Part shown: positions 27,760-42,253 of the stretch, piece after piece
Layout: every line of letters starts with the position of its first letter
Numbering within the stretch: the first letter of the stretch is position 1
Assembly: GCF_009914755.1 (NCBI RefSeq)
Contig: NC_060925.1
Reading direction: 5' to 3' (one strand)
DNA: 64,000 bases
Source of the DNA: the human T2T-CHM13v2.0 reference genome, Homo sapiens
The notes under the pieces: model-generated
The model's database searches: none
What the model saw: the letters and a program-made list of their open reading frames with translations, nothing else
Told to the model about the DNA's origin: nothing
Made by a program: the position numbers and the translations under genes

Positions 27760-28230
27760 TTGTCAGATATAATACAAATGGAAGAGCATAAGAAAATAAA
27801 GGAATGCTACTTTTTGAATTTTATCAAATGTTGTGTGAACACTGAACAAGACTGAAGAAGAAATAAACTTATAATTAATTATGTTGTTTGAGGTTAAAGA
27901 TATGACCCATGGAGAAACCAATAATAGTTGTAAAATTATATAGATAGGTGGTAAATTAGGGAAGTAGGGGATAGTATATATGAATTAATCTCACATCTAT
28001 CATGAGAGTAAACCAATGGATATGTCTAAAGCTGGGGGAAAAAGGAGGTGTCAGTATGAAGGAAAATCTCAAACGATGAAGATTAAGGGGAATTGCTCTG
28101 GGTACCAGGACTGGAAGTGGGGAGAGATGAGCTAAGAGATGGTTGCTTTTTATTGTATTGTTTTAATTCTTTATACATCTTACCATGATAAGACTTTATA
28201 AAATGTATTAATTGGTAAGTTAAAAAGCAA
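27760..28230 (+). mobile_element. HAL1-like 3' fragment
   Basis: aaaccaatggatatgtctaaagctg...tcagtatg and gcttttttattgtattgttttaattc resemble HAL1 3' sequence. Confidence 0.4.
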
Positions 28231-28789
28231 AGTACTTAAATTCAAAATATGGTATCCAGGAGAAGAATGTGCATTAAAATAAGTGACAACATGAAGTTAA
28301 AAAGGTAATGATCAACTAAGTCACCTTGGGATATAGACATAAAGGAACTTTGATATTTAGCTGTTGAATCAATCTTTATTTTAATTTTTTATTTTCTTAT
28401 TTTTTCAGGGGAATGACTATATTGTTTTAATAAAAAAGATACATATTTATTACTAAAAATTTAATAGAAACTTGCAGAGAAAAATGTAAAATCCTCCCTC
28501 TAATTCCATCTTTATTCATCACCAGCATTATTCTTAGCCAACTGTTCTAGGAGCTGTAAGTTTGGATGGATGAGTGGTTGGGCAGAGAAATAAGAAAAAA
28601 ATGTATAAAATGGCATCAAAGTGTAATACTATTTTTAACATAAGAATTAATATTTATTTATTTAAATTTTGCAGAGAAAAATCTCATAAGAAATAAGGGA
28701 AAGGACTGCTTAACTTCAAAAAATATCTCATCACCTCAAAAGATACTGTTTCATAGTAGATCCCTCTAATCCTGAGAAACTGTGAAAAA

Positions 28790-29600
28790 CATTGCACTTG
28801 AGTTGCCATTTTTAGCTACATGTTTTAACCTTATACAATATCAATTGACCTCTGCTATGAGACACAAAAGTATTAACTTTTTACACTTGCTCCCAGCCTC
28901 CATCTCCATCTCTCAATTTTTTTATTAGTTATATGTCATATTTAATATATATTACATTTATATGTCATAATTTTATTGTTAAGCTTACATTTACCTTTAT
29001 TTGGCAACCACAATTATTGCAGGAAATAATCTTGATTTTCATTCCAGATGTTTTACAGTGGTTTCTCAATTCTGAAGTAGTGATTTTAACTTTTGAGTTT
29101 TGAGTAGTTTTCATAAGAGTGTTTATCACATTTGAATGGAGAATATGGGAGTTCTGATTTTGTTTTTCTCTTTTTGTAAGAAATACAGAAGCATGTTTCA
29201 GAAGAATTTTGGTTGTCATTTGATTTATCTGATATCTTGCCTGGGTCTAATATTTTGGATAACACATTCCCTCAAAACCTTCTAGAAATTGCTCCATTGT
29301 CTTCTGACATTGAATATAACTTTCAAGAAGTCTAAAGCCAACCTAAACTTTCTTCTGCCTGGATTTGATATGCCATTTTATGCCAGAATAACTGAAGACT
29401 GCTTCATTTTTGAATTTCAGTGACAATCAGAATTTGTCTCGGGGTGGATGGTTTTGTCGTCAAGAATTTGTCTTTGCAAAGGAGAGCAATTCTGCTGTAT
29501 TTCTCTCAGTTTTGTCTCCACCCTCCATGCATCTATTTACTTTTTTTTCTTGCATCAAAATTAGATCCTTCATATGTAGAAACTCTTTGGAATACCATTC
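28790..29600 (-). mobile_element. HAL1/L1ME ORF1-region remnant
   Basis: attgctccattgtcttctgacattgaat...gaagtctaaagccaacct is antisense ORF1-type text. Confidence 0.5.
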
Positions 29601-31649
29601 TTTATAGCATTAATCACAAAAAATAAAGAGGGAGGGTACTAATCTTGCCTGTAGAAATAAATATTAGCAGATAATTGTGCAAATAGAACACAATAGACTA
29701 CTCTACTCCTAAGGAATACCGGAGACTTATAAATAAACACACAAATCAGTGGCTGCGTTCATCTATTACAGCCTCTTAAAAGCACAACCTTTGTTGCATT
29801 GTATCTGGAATATGCAGGAGGCTTGTCTAGTTTTAAGATATAGCATTGCCTCTGACCATCATCTAGTAGTCAAGAATATTTTAGTAACAAATTAAGGCAA
29901 ATTGGTTCGGATTTCTGAAGGAGAAAAAAAATACAAGTCTCCCACAATAATCTGATGGTTTATTTAACCATTTATTTAAGCCAGTGAAATTAATGGGGCT
30001 GGTCTTTTGTTTAAGAAAACTTCGTTAATGTTTATCCTATCCTACTTTGACCAGGCATTTGTTGACATAAATTTAGTGCAAAATTGCCAGTTACTTTAAT
30101 TTATGAATTGTTAGTACTAGCAGAATGTGTAGCACAGCTGTTACTCAATATTAGAAGGACATTTTTAAACATAATTTTTCTACATGATTAAAGACTATTG
30201 TAGAAGCAGAAGCTTAAAAATCAGTTTCACAAACTATTTTGCATCCTCATTGTTACAATATGATGTTTTGAAAAAAGGAATATGAAGGTGTAAAATATGT
30301 ATTGTCATTAATTCCCCTTCTTAAAAGCAATATTGCATTCTAAGATGCTGGAAATGTTGTTTACCTTTTCCTTTTGGAAAGATTTGTTGTAGATACAATG
30401 CAACAACAAAAATATATTATACACAGACTTTATCCTAGGAACTAGACTAGACATTGGTATCACAGAAAAATCTGTCATGTTGGAATTCATTTATTTGGAA
30501 AGGAAATGCAATTGATATTTAATTGAATTCATAAAATCACAGAAAATGTTTAGACATGAAAAGTGAATCTAGTACAATCTACTTATTTTACAAAATGGAA
30601 ATTTTTTTTCCAAACTATGGAGAGTCTAATATAATTTTTTTTAAATAGGGCAAAAGCAATGACTTAGTGAGTCCTTCTTTCAATAAGTACAAAACAAAAA
30701 TTAACAGGGCTTACGACATGATAGTAATCTAGCTCCTTATCCCGATTTCTTTTCACTTTACACTTAAGGTTCTATATCTGTGGCTTAAAATAGCATTTAT
30801 CAGAAGCCTGATGCAACTGATGTTTTAGCAAGTAATCCCAACGTTGTTTCTTGTAGGACAGGCTGATAATAGCAACCACTGATTCTACGTAATGTATTGT
30901 ATCAGATAGACTGTCATCTTCTTTTACAGGTTCAGGAACAGGCCAGATTTGAGCTCAGCTTCTTCACTTATCGGGATTTTCTTAGGAAAGTATGTTCCAG
31001 TGATGAGTCTAGGAAATGATTTCCTACTGCTCTGCTGTTTTATGTTTCTTTTTGTTTTAAAGAGAAAAATAGGGTGTACTTTCCAGGATTCTATAAGAAC
31101 TCAAATGTGGTAGTTTTCTCCAGGGTCTCAACTCTGTTAGTCGTAATTTGAATAAAAAGAAGGTCCTGGCCCTACCACTGGGAAATATATATATTTTGTT
31201 TCTTCATGAAGCTTGCTTGTCAGCAGTTAAGCATAAGTAGATCAGTCCCATTTGAACTAAATTGCCAAGTTTGCAAGGACTGGGAAGAGAATCCCCACTT
31301 TGCAAGACAATACGGTGATGGCTGAAGATGGCAAGCATTTGGCAAAATACCATATTTGACAAGCTCTTAGATCAATGTTTTCTATAAGCTATTTCAGATA
31401 TTTCAAGGATAAAGGAATTGTTCTTTTTTCAGATATATTATTGTTCATAAAGTTGTTTGACCTTGTTTCTTGGCTAATGCAAAGTCTTCTAAGTTTTTCT
31501 TTGAAAGGAGTTAAGAGCTATCATTTCTACTAAAAATTTTCGTGTAACATATTTTTGTTGTTCCTCCTACCTTTCAATGTAGCACTTCCAATATGCTATT
31601 TGCAAAAAAATTTTAACTTGAGGGGTAAAGAAAGAGGTAGTAATGCACA

Positions 31650-31770
31650 CTCATCCATTAATTGTTTGCTCCTTCAACAAATATTTATTGGATACCTCCT
31701 ATCACCAGGCACATTCAATACAAATGGATTAAGGTATTTTCCCTGCACTCATGTGGCTCACAGCCCAGTC
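31650..31770 (-). mobile_element. L2 3' end
   Basis: ttcaacaaatatttattggatacctcctatcaccaggcac...ccctgcactcatgtggctcacagc. Confidence 0.65.
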
Positions 31771-34700
31771 TCTAACAGGTTACATGGAATTAACTAAGAA
31801 ATCGGCACTAGGAGAAAGCTTCTTAAGTGTAGTCTTTACCTTGACTCTATGATTCTTACAGTATGAAGGCCAGAAACAGTGACACCTTTTGAATTGAGAA
31901 GATAATATGAGAAGTTGTTCACCCTTTCAAGTCCTCTAACATACTGGGCAGTTTACAGTTTTGGTATATTCTGAATGAGGAATGAGGATCTATAGAAGTT
32001 AATTCAGCTTGCAATATTGTCTAACTGGTTCAAATAGAAATGGGGCTTACATCCTGAAAAGCATTGATGAAAATGAAGTTCCCCACAAATGACTCTATGT
32101 AAATCCTCAATTCCAAATTTGCTTTAAAATCAAGAAAATAATTACCTTGGTCAGTGCTGTCAGGTACATACTCCTTCACTGTGTTCTGGCAGAAACTCAG
32201 AAAACCAATTCAGCAACTTAATTAAGTCCTCACAGGCAAGCATGTCCCAACTAGGCAATTTCTGGACAGTGAGATTTCCTTCCCAGTTGGGTTCTAACTT
32301 ACATCAATGTCTTAGGCTACCTTAGCAGCAGCAGGACAAAAATTTGGTACTTTTGGCCTCCATTTAAGTGTTTTAGGCAGACAGCAAAATAAGGTAGCTA
32401 TTTTTAAAAAATCATTCCTGGAACACGCAAAAAAGAAATTGTCACTTCTCAAAAGTCTGAAAGGAAGTCTGCTAACACTGAGTTTTTGAGAGAGAAAGAA
32501 ACAAAATCAATGAGGAGAAATAATTCTCAGATTTCTGTTGAATGAAATGTTCTGATTAACACTAAAAATGTAATTCACTATACAGTAACATTTTAGGCTG
32601 AAGAGTGATTTCACTAGAGAGGTTTCTAAAGCATGGAGTGAGGAAAGCAATCACTTTTTAAAAAAAATTCTCTAAATATGAGAAGAAATTTTAATCTGGA
32701 AGTTTATTATATCTCTCTAGAATTTCACAGCGCAACAGAAGCAGACTTGTGCCTCAGATTGCTGAGATGTAGTTACAACATCAGTGAAAGCTCATCATCT
32801 TCCCAAACTGCACATGTGACCTCCAACATCTTGAATTCAGACCAGCCTATGTTTGCATGCAGCTCCCTAACTTAGCAATTCCAGTGCTGGTCTTTGTTTT
32901 GTTTTGCTGTCAAGCCTTCTACTATGGTGTCTTCTTCACTGAAGTATTTCTACATTACATTGCCCGGGACAAAGCTATTTTGTATGCACAGAAACTCGCT
33001 TCAGGACTTTAAACTATTTTCTATTCTACAGTGGTTAATTTTTCATTTATGTGGCATCTTACTGAAGAGTAGTCAGCAGTTAACAACACATTGTGAAACA
33101 ACAAATATTTTACTGGATATATAATCTCCACAGTTTAAAAGTTTTATTTTCTGTGTGGATCTGTATAAAGCTGGAAATGTTCACATTTTGTGGATGCACA
33201 TTTTTAATAATACACTCTATAATCACTATCAAACAAATGACCTGCACTTTAATAGGCACTCCAAACATTAGCTGCCATTTCTGCTAAACTCAGTAAACTC
33301 TAATAAAGGTGTTTTATGGGAAGAGGTTTTTTTTTTTTTTAAGAAGATATATTACTTAGATTTCATCAGCACATAAAAATGTTATCTTGGGAACACTGGA
33401 AGATTCATATATTTCTAAATTACAGCACATTCCTGTCAACTTTCACATGAGATCATTCTAATTTTTTTTAAATCATAGTTTAGATTGGGTCATGTTTCAC
33501 ACTTTATTCCATTTGAATTAATGATGTTATTTACTTGGAACTTGATTGTATACTGCCTCACATTCAATGAGGTAGTTCATAAGAGGCAGCAACATAATAA
33601 AGAAGGAAAATGTTATTTACTCTCTTTCCCAATTCTCAGGAGCTTGGTGTAAATTCTACCCAATAAAACGTGTTTAGTTTGTTTCTGTATTCCTTTAAGG
33701 CTCAATATACAGAAGCAGGCAGCAGGAGTGCTCAGAGTCACAGTCTTTGTAGGATTTTACTCCTGAGCACCCGCAGTGCTTGCTCTTGATCTGGGAAACA
33801 AACATATTCTCAGTTCTGGAACTCCTTGATCCAAGAAACAAAACTGTCTCCTGCCATGGAACTTCAGCTTCAGGAGTTGCTTTCGCCTCTCGAGCCCCAG
33901 GAGAGGCCAATAATCTCAGATAGCAAGGACTCAAGTGAGTTGTGCACAATAAATATTTTCTCAGAGCAGCTATAAGCATTAAATGAGAAGCGTGTACTAA
34001 AAAAAATTCCTTGTATTTCTAGAAATGCTTAATTTGGCACCTATCAACTAAATCCAAACCTAAATCTGAGTCTAGTGCAAAGCCAGAGGAATGGCCACAT
34101 AAGCCAAGGGGTCAGGAAGGAGAAGAACAATTGGCATCAGGGCAGCAAGGAAATAGGGGAGAATCAACTTCTCTTGGTGTACATTTCAACCCCAAAAGCT
34201 TCTGTCCATAATTTTGTCATCACAGAAAACACTGTGGAGTTCAGTAACAAGGCTAGCCTTCCAGGCACCTCAGACCTTGGTTATTTAAAATGCCAATTAC
34301 TTACCGATCTCTGATTGTTGTGGCTCATGGTTGAGGACAAAAGCATTCTAGCACCCTCTGGCATTGTCTCCATTCTAAAGCCCTAACAGCATTTTCAGGT
34401 AGCATTTCAAATTTCTGTGAGCCATAGGCAGGTAGCCATACTCCAGAGGCTGCAATTGACCAATGTGAAGTTAGAAATTAGTTTCTTATCATGGGGAGAA
34501 AACCACAAGAATCAGTGAACTTGAATGGTGCCGCCAACCTTAGGTAAGCCACTTGAACAATTTGGGTCTTATGTTCCCCATTTTATGGAATCCAGACACA
34601 AATGGGAGGCTCCTGACTTTTAGGATTCAAATGAAATATGGCCATAGGGCTCTAGGTTTACATTTCTATCATTCTTTCTTGAGATGTTGAGGAGGATAGC

Positions 34701-35124
34701 TTACATTGTTCTTCAAATCCTGCTCAACCAGATTTGTGTATGTCTGTAATTATCCACCACTCATCTCAGCTGTCACTCAGAACAAGCCATGGAATTTAGT
34801 CCCTTTACCTTTTTATCCATAAAATAACCACACTTACAATCCAACAGTGACAACAAAATAAAGATAACTGAACAAATACCACCTCCCAAAAGATCCCCCT
34901 AACAAGAAATAAGTGCAAACAAAAAGTGACCACTCTAAGACCATTTTGTGTTGAGCAGAATACAGCAATACATGGGGAGATAGAGAGGGCTTAGATTCCA
35001 TCAACACAAAACACTTAAGATTGATTATTGGGCCTCCCTGTTCTTCAGAAACCCTCAGCATTCATTTGTGCCAGTCTGAGCTCTAGCTCTCAGCAATTGC
35101 TCTCCCTTTTTAAAATCCACCTTG

Positions 35125-35194
35125 AAACCTGCACGTTCTGCACATGTATCTCAGAACGCAAATTAAAATTTAAAAAAAGGGAGCAAAAAAAAAA
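35125..35194 (+). mobile_element. Extremely 5'-truncated L1PA 3' tip (~70 bp)
   Basis: aaacctgcacgttctgcacatgtatctcagaac plus A tail; TSD aaaatccac(c)ttg at 35112-35124 and 35195-35206. Confidence 0.8.
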
Positions 35195-35222
35195 AAAATC
35201 CACTTGTCCCTGCCCAGAACTA

Positions 35223-36524
35223 TAAAATATCTTCAAAAAGTTCATGGAAAATACACATTATGAAAAAAATTATGTGTGAATTTCAAAAATTTTTGCACCA
35301 AAATAAACTCATACTAACTTTTCATAATGTGTGTGAACAGGATCTCATTTGAGGCCTTAAGAAGGATAAGATATCAGTTTGAAAAGAACCCCTATTGGAG
35401 CAACATTGAATTCTGCTAAAATTGAAGCAAGAATAAACATTAAATTTAGGGTAAAGCTTGGGTGGAAGAACAGTGAAATCATTAATGCTTTATGAAAAGT
35501 TTATGGGGACAATGCCTCAAAGATATCAGCAGTTTAAAAATGGATAACTTACTTTAAAAAGGGACAAGACCATGTTGAAGATAAAGCCTGTGGTAGCAAA
35601 CCTTTCACCTTGATTTGTGAGGAAAAAATGAAGCTTGTTTGTACCCTGATTGAAGAGGACTGATGCTTAACAGCAGAAACAATAGCCAGCAACATACATG
35701 TCTCAATTGATTCAGCTTACATAATTATGACTGAAAAATTAAAATTAAGCAAACTTTCCACTGGATGGGCAGCAAAACGATTGTATTCAGATCAGCTGCA
35801 GACAAGAGCAGAACTTTCAAGGGAAACTTTAAACAAATGGAATCAAGATTTTGAAGCATTTCTTAAGAATTATAATGGGTGATAAAACATGCCTTCATCA
35901 GTATGATCCTGAAGACAAAGCGCAATCAAAGCAGTGGCTACAAACAGGTGCAGGTGATCCAGTCAAAACAAAAGAAGACCAGTTCAGAGCAAAGGTCATG
36001 GTCATGGCAACAGTTTTGTGAGGTGCTCAGGGGATTTTGTTTCTTGACTTTCTGGATGTCCAAAGAACAATAACATTTGTGTATTATGAGAGTGTTTTGA
36101 GAAAGTTAGCCAAAACTTTAGCAGAAAAACTCCAGGAAAACTTCATCAGAGAGTTTTTTTCTCTACCAAGGCAATCCTCCTGTTCATTACTCTAATCAAG
36201 GGCAATTTTGTGAGAGTTTCAATGGTAAATTATTAGGCATCCACTTTACAGTCCTGATTTGGATTCTTCTGACTTATATTTGTTTCCTAATCTTAAAAAA
36301 TCCAGAAAGGGCACCCATTTTTTTTTCAGTTAATAAGGTAAAAAGACTTAATTAACATGGTTAAATTCTTAGGACCCATAGTTCTTTAGGAATGGACTAA
36401 AGGACTAGTATTGTTGCTTACAAAAGTGTCTTGAACTGGACAGAGGTAGTGTTAAGAAACAAATTTTCTATTTTTTATTTGTATCCTTGAATTCCATTTT
36501 TCATGAATTTTTAAAGTCTCCTCA
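35223..36524 (+). mobile_element. Full-length HSMAR2 mariner DNA transposon (inactive)
   Basis: Left TIR tcttcaaaaagttcatggaaaat and right TIR attttttcatgaatttttaaagtctcctca; ~1.3 kb; decayed transposase inside. Confidence 0.95.
35405..36463 (+). pseudogene. HSMAR2 transposase pseudogene (DD34D mariner)
   Basis: Starts N-S-A-K-I-E-A-R; motifs decayed to WAAKRL (from WVPKPL), GDKT (from GDETW) and YSPDLDSSD (from YSPDLAPSD); stops and frameshifts. Confidence 0.9.
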
Positions 36525-36608
36525 TGTATATGTATAAACATATAGATGAGTTATATATAAACAAATAAATGTATACATATGTAAATATATACAAATGTTA
36601 TATATTTT

Positions 36609-36767
36609 TAATGGGGGATAAAACACGCCTTCATTAGCATGATCCTGAAGACGAAGCACAATCAAAGCAGTGTCTACCAACAGGTGCAGGTGGTCCAGTC
36701 AAAGCAAAAGAAGACCAGTCCAGAGCAAAGGTCATGGCAACAGTTTTGTGAGGTGCTCAAGGGATTT
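36609..36767 (+). repeat. 159-bp local duplicate of HSMAR2 internal segment 35873-36037
   Basis: About 12 substitutions plus one 6-bp indel versus the adjacent element. Confidence 0.9.
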
Positions 36768-38129
36768 ACACATAAACCTAAGCTCAGCCTTCTGTGAGTT
36801 ATCAAAAATCTTTACAATATTTTATTCCTAACAATGATCCGTATAGTCTAGGTTTCACTATTTCTTCCTCCCTAACTGCAATGAAAGAGGTATATTTATC
36901 TGTTTCTACAAAACCTTGGTTTTCAATGCTCTTTTCATCCTCCTTCCCTTTTACATGTAATATGAAGTATCCAACCTGAATTATTAAGTTTCCTACTGTC
37001 TCTAGAAATCTATGAAATAACTTCATGTTTTATGGATTTGAAATAATTGAGAATTGGCAAAATCTTTATGCTTACGAAAATATATTGATGGCTCCAAGGC
37101 TCAGAAGAATGGCTGGAGGAAGGTGAAGGCTTGCATGTGAGAATGCTGTGGTTAGAGAGAGGTTCAAGAGGCCCTTTGTGTGTTGGGCTGGTACTTAAGG
37201 TTTAGAAATAAAGTAAATGGTTAGTTATGGGACTGATTCTGTGTATGTCTCCATTGATCAGTGAAAGGTATTTTCCCTCAGTTATGAACATCAAATTTGG
37301 TGTAACAACATAAAAGGAGCTGCCACTGGGTGACAACCCAAGAGACACTTCACGCTGTCATAGTTTTGCTGAATCTGCAGTGATTAAGTATACGATACTT
37401 AATTTTATTGGTCTAGAGCTAGAAATGCTCAGGATAGAATAAACTGACTCACAGGAATCTGAAGTATAACATCAAGTGTCAATTAATGAATTTACAAGGG
37501 AAATCCTTCTGCGTCTTTAGATGCCATGTGGGTCTTTGCTGTAAGCTATCATTATCACGTGTTGGCTTTAATGTTTTGTTCTCAGAGGCAACATTCTTTT
37601 TCTTATTTGCAATTGCTTTGGGGTCACCTCAATGTAGCCACCAACTTATTTTTTAAAAGTTTGATGGTCAGAGAGATTTAATGGCGTCAGAATTGAATTA
37701 GGTGGGTTGAGTGCAAATTTAACTGCCTTTTCATTATGCCAAACTGCATTGAATACAGCAAACAAAGGTAAAACAAATTATACTGTATAATAATAGGATA
37801 TGTTAATATTATTTTGTTCCCCCTGTTGTAAAATAGAGACTAAATGCCTAAAAACAGTTTTAAACATAATAAAATTTAAACACTATTATGTTTTTTTCTT
37901 TAGAATACACATTTAAAAACAATTAACTTTGAACTTGTAATGATTGCACTTGGAAATTATGGTAGCATTTGGTTGCATAAAATATTTATTCAGTTCAACA
38001 TCAATGAAACCATTGAAACTGAGTGTTGTAAATAAGAATGATAGTTTAAGGTAATCTGATGTATGAGGTCATTTCTTAATATGTATAATTTCAAAAATTT
38101 AGGATTTAACCATTCAAATCACTAAATAT

Positions 38130-38950
<821 letters not shown>

Positions 38951-39017
38951 CTATGTCTTAGAGAAGATCATTTATCTGTTGGTCATATGTGATATATATT
39001 TTATATATATATATATA

Positions 39018-39313
39018 TTTTTTTTTTGAGACAGGGTCTTGCTCTCTTGCTCAGGCTGGAGTGCAGTGGCATGATCACAGCTCACCACTGTAGCCTGGAC
39101 CTCACAGGCTCAGATGATCCTCCCACCTCAGCCTCCAGAGTAGCTGGGGCTACAGGTGCACACCACCTTGCCCAGTTAATTTTTGTATTGTTTTGTAGAG
39201 ACAGGGTATCGTCATGTTGCCCAGACTGATCTTGAACTCCTGGACTCAAGTGATCTGTCCACCTCAGCCTCCCAAAGTGCTGAGATTGCAGGCATGAGCC
39301 ACCAAGCCTGGCA
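39018..39313 (-). mobile_element. AluJ with (TA)n-converted tail
   Basis: gagacagggtcttgctc...gatcacagctcac...ctcctggactcaagtgatc. Confidence 0.95.
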
Positions 39314-39395
39314 GATATACTTTCACTTCACGGAAGTAAATGAGTTCCTGGTGAACTGTGTACAAATCCAATAATTGCACACTAAATGGTATCTT

Positions 39396-39462
39396 AAATG
39401 TACCTTTTCCAAATAGAACTTTTTACAAAATGTACCTTTTCCAAATAGAACTTTTTACAAAA
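39396..39462. repeat. Perfect 32-bp tandem duplication
   Basis: aaatgtaccttttccaaatagaactttttaca x2. Confidence 0.95.
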
Positions 39463-39819
39463 GTTCTTACAAAAGGTAAAAAATCAAAATTTCCTTTTTG
39501 TGTATGTATAGGGAAGAGGATTGGAAATCCTCTTAATTTGAGTGTTTTGGAAATCAGGTATGGACAAGATCCATGATCCATTACAAGATCCAACACGTGT
39601 AGAGTTTTCAAAGTATTTTTACATATTTTAATCTCTTTTTTTCTTCTCAACTTTATATAAGGTATGTAATGCTATTTCCATTTTATGAACAAGGAAACCA
39701 AATCTCAAGAGTTTCATGGACTTGCTCTGGATGATAAAGTGGAAAATGGAAGAAACATATCTTACCAAGGTCTATTGCTTCCAAATTTAGCAATTTTAAA
39801 AATAAGGAGCCTGGTAACT

Positions 39820-40020
39820 GAGGACAGAATTTGAGAACATGCATCATATTTGAAATCTTGGTTCTTCCATTGACTTTAGGCTACCATCAGCAAATTAGAT
39901 AACCTTCATAAACCTGAGTTTTCTCATTTAAAAATGGAAAGAATATCCTACATTTCCAATGGATGATGTGAGGGGTTAGGTAAGGTAACCCATGAAATAC
40001 TTAACTATGTGGAAGCGCAC
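39820..40020 (+). mobile_element. MIR
   Basis: tttgaaatcttggttcttccattgac...ctgagttttctcatttaaaatgg. Confidence 0.65.
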
Positions 40021-40711
40021 ATCACTGACCTTCCTCCTGTTTGCACTGCCCGCTACAATGACAGTATAAACTTAGATTTTCTAACACTCAATCATAGCTG
40101 TCTTCTAAAGTCTTGACATGGTCTAGTAGAGAGGTTTTCAGGAGATAATATGCATCTTCAAGGGCCTATGAGTTGATATTATGTGTTCCTTAAAAGAAAG
40201 AAATACAGAATAAACATAATTATTATTGTCTATTGCAACACTTGATGCTCTTGAAATTTAAACAGTAATAATGAAAATCTCTGCTAAATTTTCTCAGTGA
40301 AAAGCACTGGTAGTCTAAAACAGTATTTTTTACACCAAAACCATAGTTGTTATACAAAGACTTTCCCAGTGTAATCCAGGCATGAATACTTTAAGTAGTT
40401 CTCCCACTTTACAGAAGAAAGCCAGAGCCTGTTTCCATTGCAGATTATACTGTGGTGCTTTGCCATGGGATATGAAACCTCCCAGAGTCCCTAACAATAT
40501 GGAAATACTAGTAGGAGCCTCGCCTTCAATACAAACCAAGGGACCTTACACACATAGCACTTCCTGGCTTTTCCTCAGAAGACATTGGCCCATACTGAGA
40601 CATTCTGAATTCAGAATACAGGAAACAGTGAAACAGTAGAGATTAGTGACACTTCGTCTTATCAACATAATAAGAATATTTTATAGAAAATGTTGAGCTT
40701 TGTCTGAGTTC

Positions 40712-41301
40712 TGTAATCCTGGAAAACATAATTAAAGAAATTTAAATTAAAGAAATTCCCCCTTTTTTTTTTTTTTTTTTTTTGTTGTTCTGGGAGACTG
40801 CTTACTGCAAAGAACTACCCATTCTCATATGATTTAGATAAATTCTGTGGATAATCCCCTTGTTTATTTAGCACCAGGCCAGACTCAGGCTTTCCAAATT
40901 TCCATTCTTTGCTTCATAAGTGAGTAGCTGAACTATTTGTCTCCACTGACCGATCAGAACAAAGCACTTGTTGATCTGATTTGACCAATCTTTTGTTAAG
41001 CTTCTCTTCTTCCCACTGGACCTTCAACATTGACCCACCTCAGCCTGATCCGGCTGAATAGGAAACAGCCCCTCTTTAGTGACCTTTCCTCAACACTGCT
41101 GGACCACAAAAAGCCATATTTCCTGATCAGTTGCTGAATTCGGGTTCTTTCTAGCCTTGTTTACTCCTCCCCATGAAAGAAAAGCCCTTTTCTGCCTGAC
41201 GTTCAAGGCACTCACTGATCTTGTAGTCAGAGTATTCTCCCTATTGATAATCTTTCTAATAGTCTTTCTTTATGTAAGTCTGGATTTGTCTTTATTGGAC
41301 A
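40712..41301 (+). mobile_element. MER67-type ERV1 solo LTR
   Basis: gactgcttactgcaaagaactaccc...ccaaatttccattctttgcttcataa...ttctccctattg...taagtctggatttg...gaca. Confidence 0.65.
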
Positions 41302-41878
41302 ACACATTAGATAAAACATATAAAATATTATGAAATTTCTCTCAGATCTGATGAAGTTTATGTAACGAGAGAGTTAATATACATTTTATCAAATTACATT
41401 AAGAAATACATATTCTAGCTGCAGTGAATTCTCACTAGTGATGAGAAATAAACTTACTTAAAACTTACGATGAAACATTTTAGATATCAGGTTAAAATGT
41501 GCAAGAAGATACATAGTTTTGCAAAATTATTGTAGGAGATACATGAGCAAAATAATTTGAGGACCTTAGCTCTAACAAACAAAACCGAGGGAAGCAAATC
41601 ATTGAAAAGATACAGTTCTATTTCAGGTTTGCTCCTGGAGGTCCTTTGACTTACGACTTCTCCCTCTGAGAAAGGAGAAAGACATTTGTATTTACATCTT
41701 TTGAAAACGTGTCTTAAAATGGGTTATTTGAATTTCCCTCCTGAGCGAGTGGGTAGTGTGTGTAGTGAGAAGTGCCATGCGTGCTGCTGAAGCTGGAGTT
41801 CTGGGAGGGCTGGGCCTGGGTAGTGGGCAGGACAGTCCCTCAGAGTGTGAAGGAAAGCAGAAGTCAAAAGACAGACCT

Positions 41879-42253
<375 letters not shown>

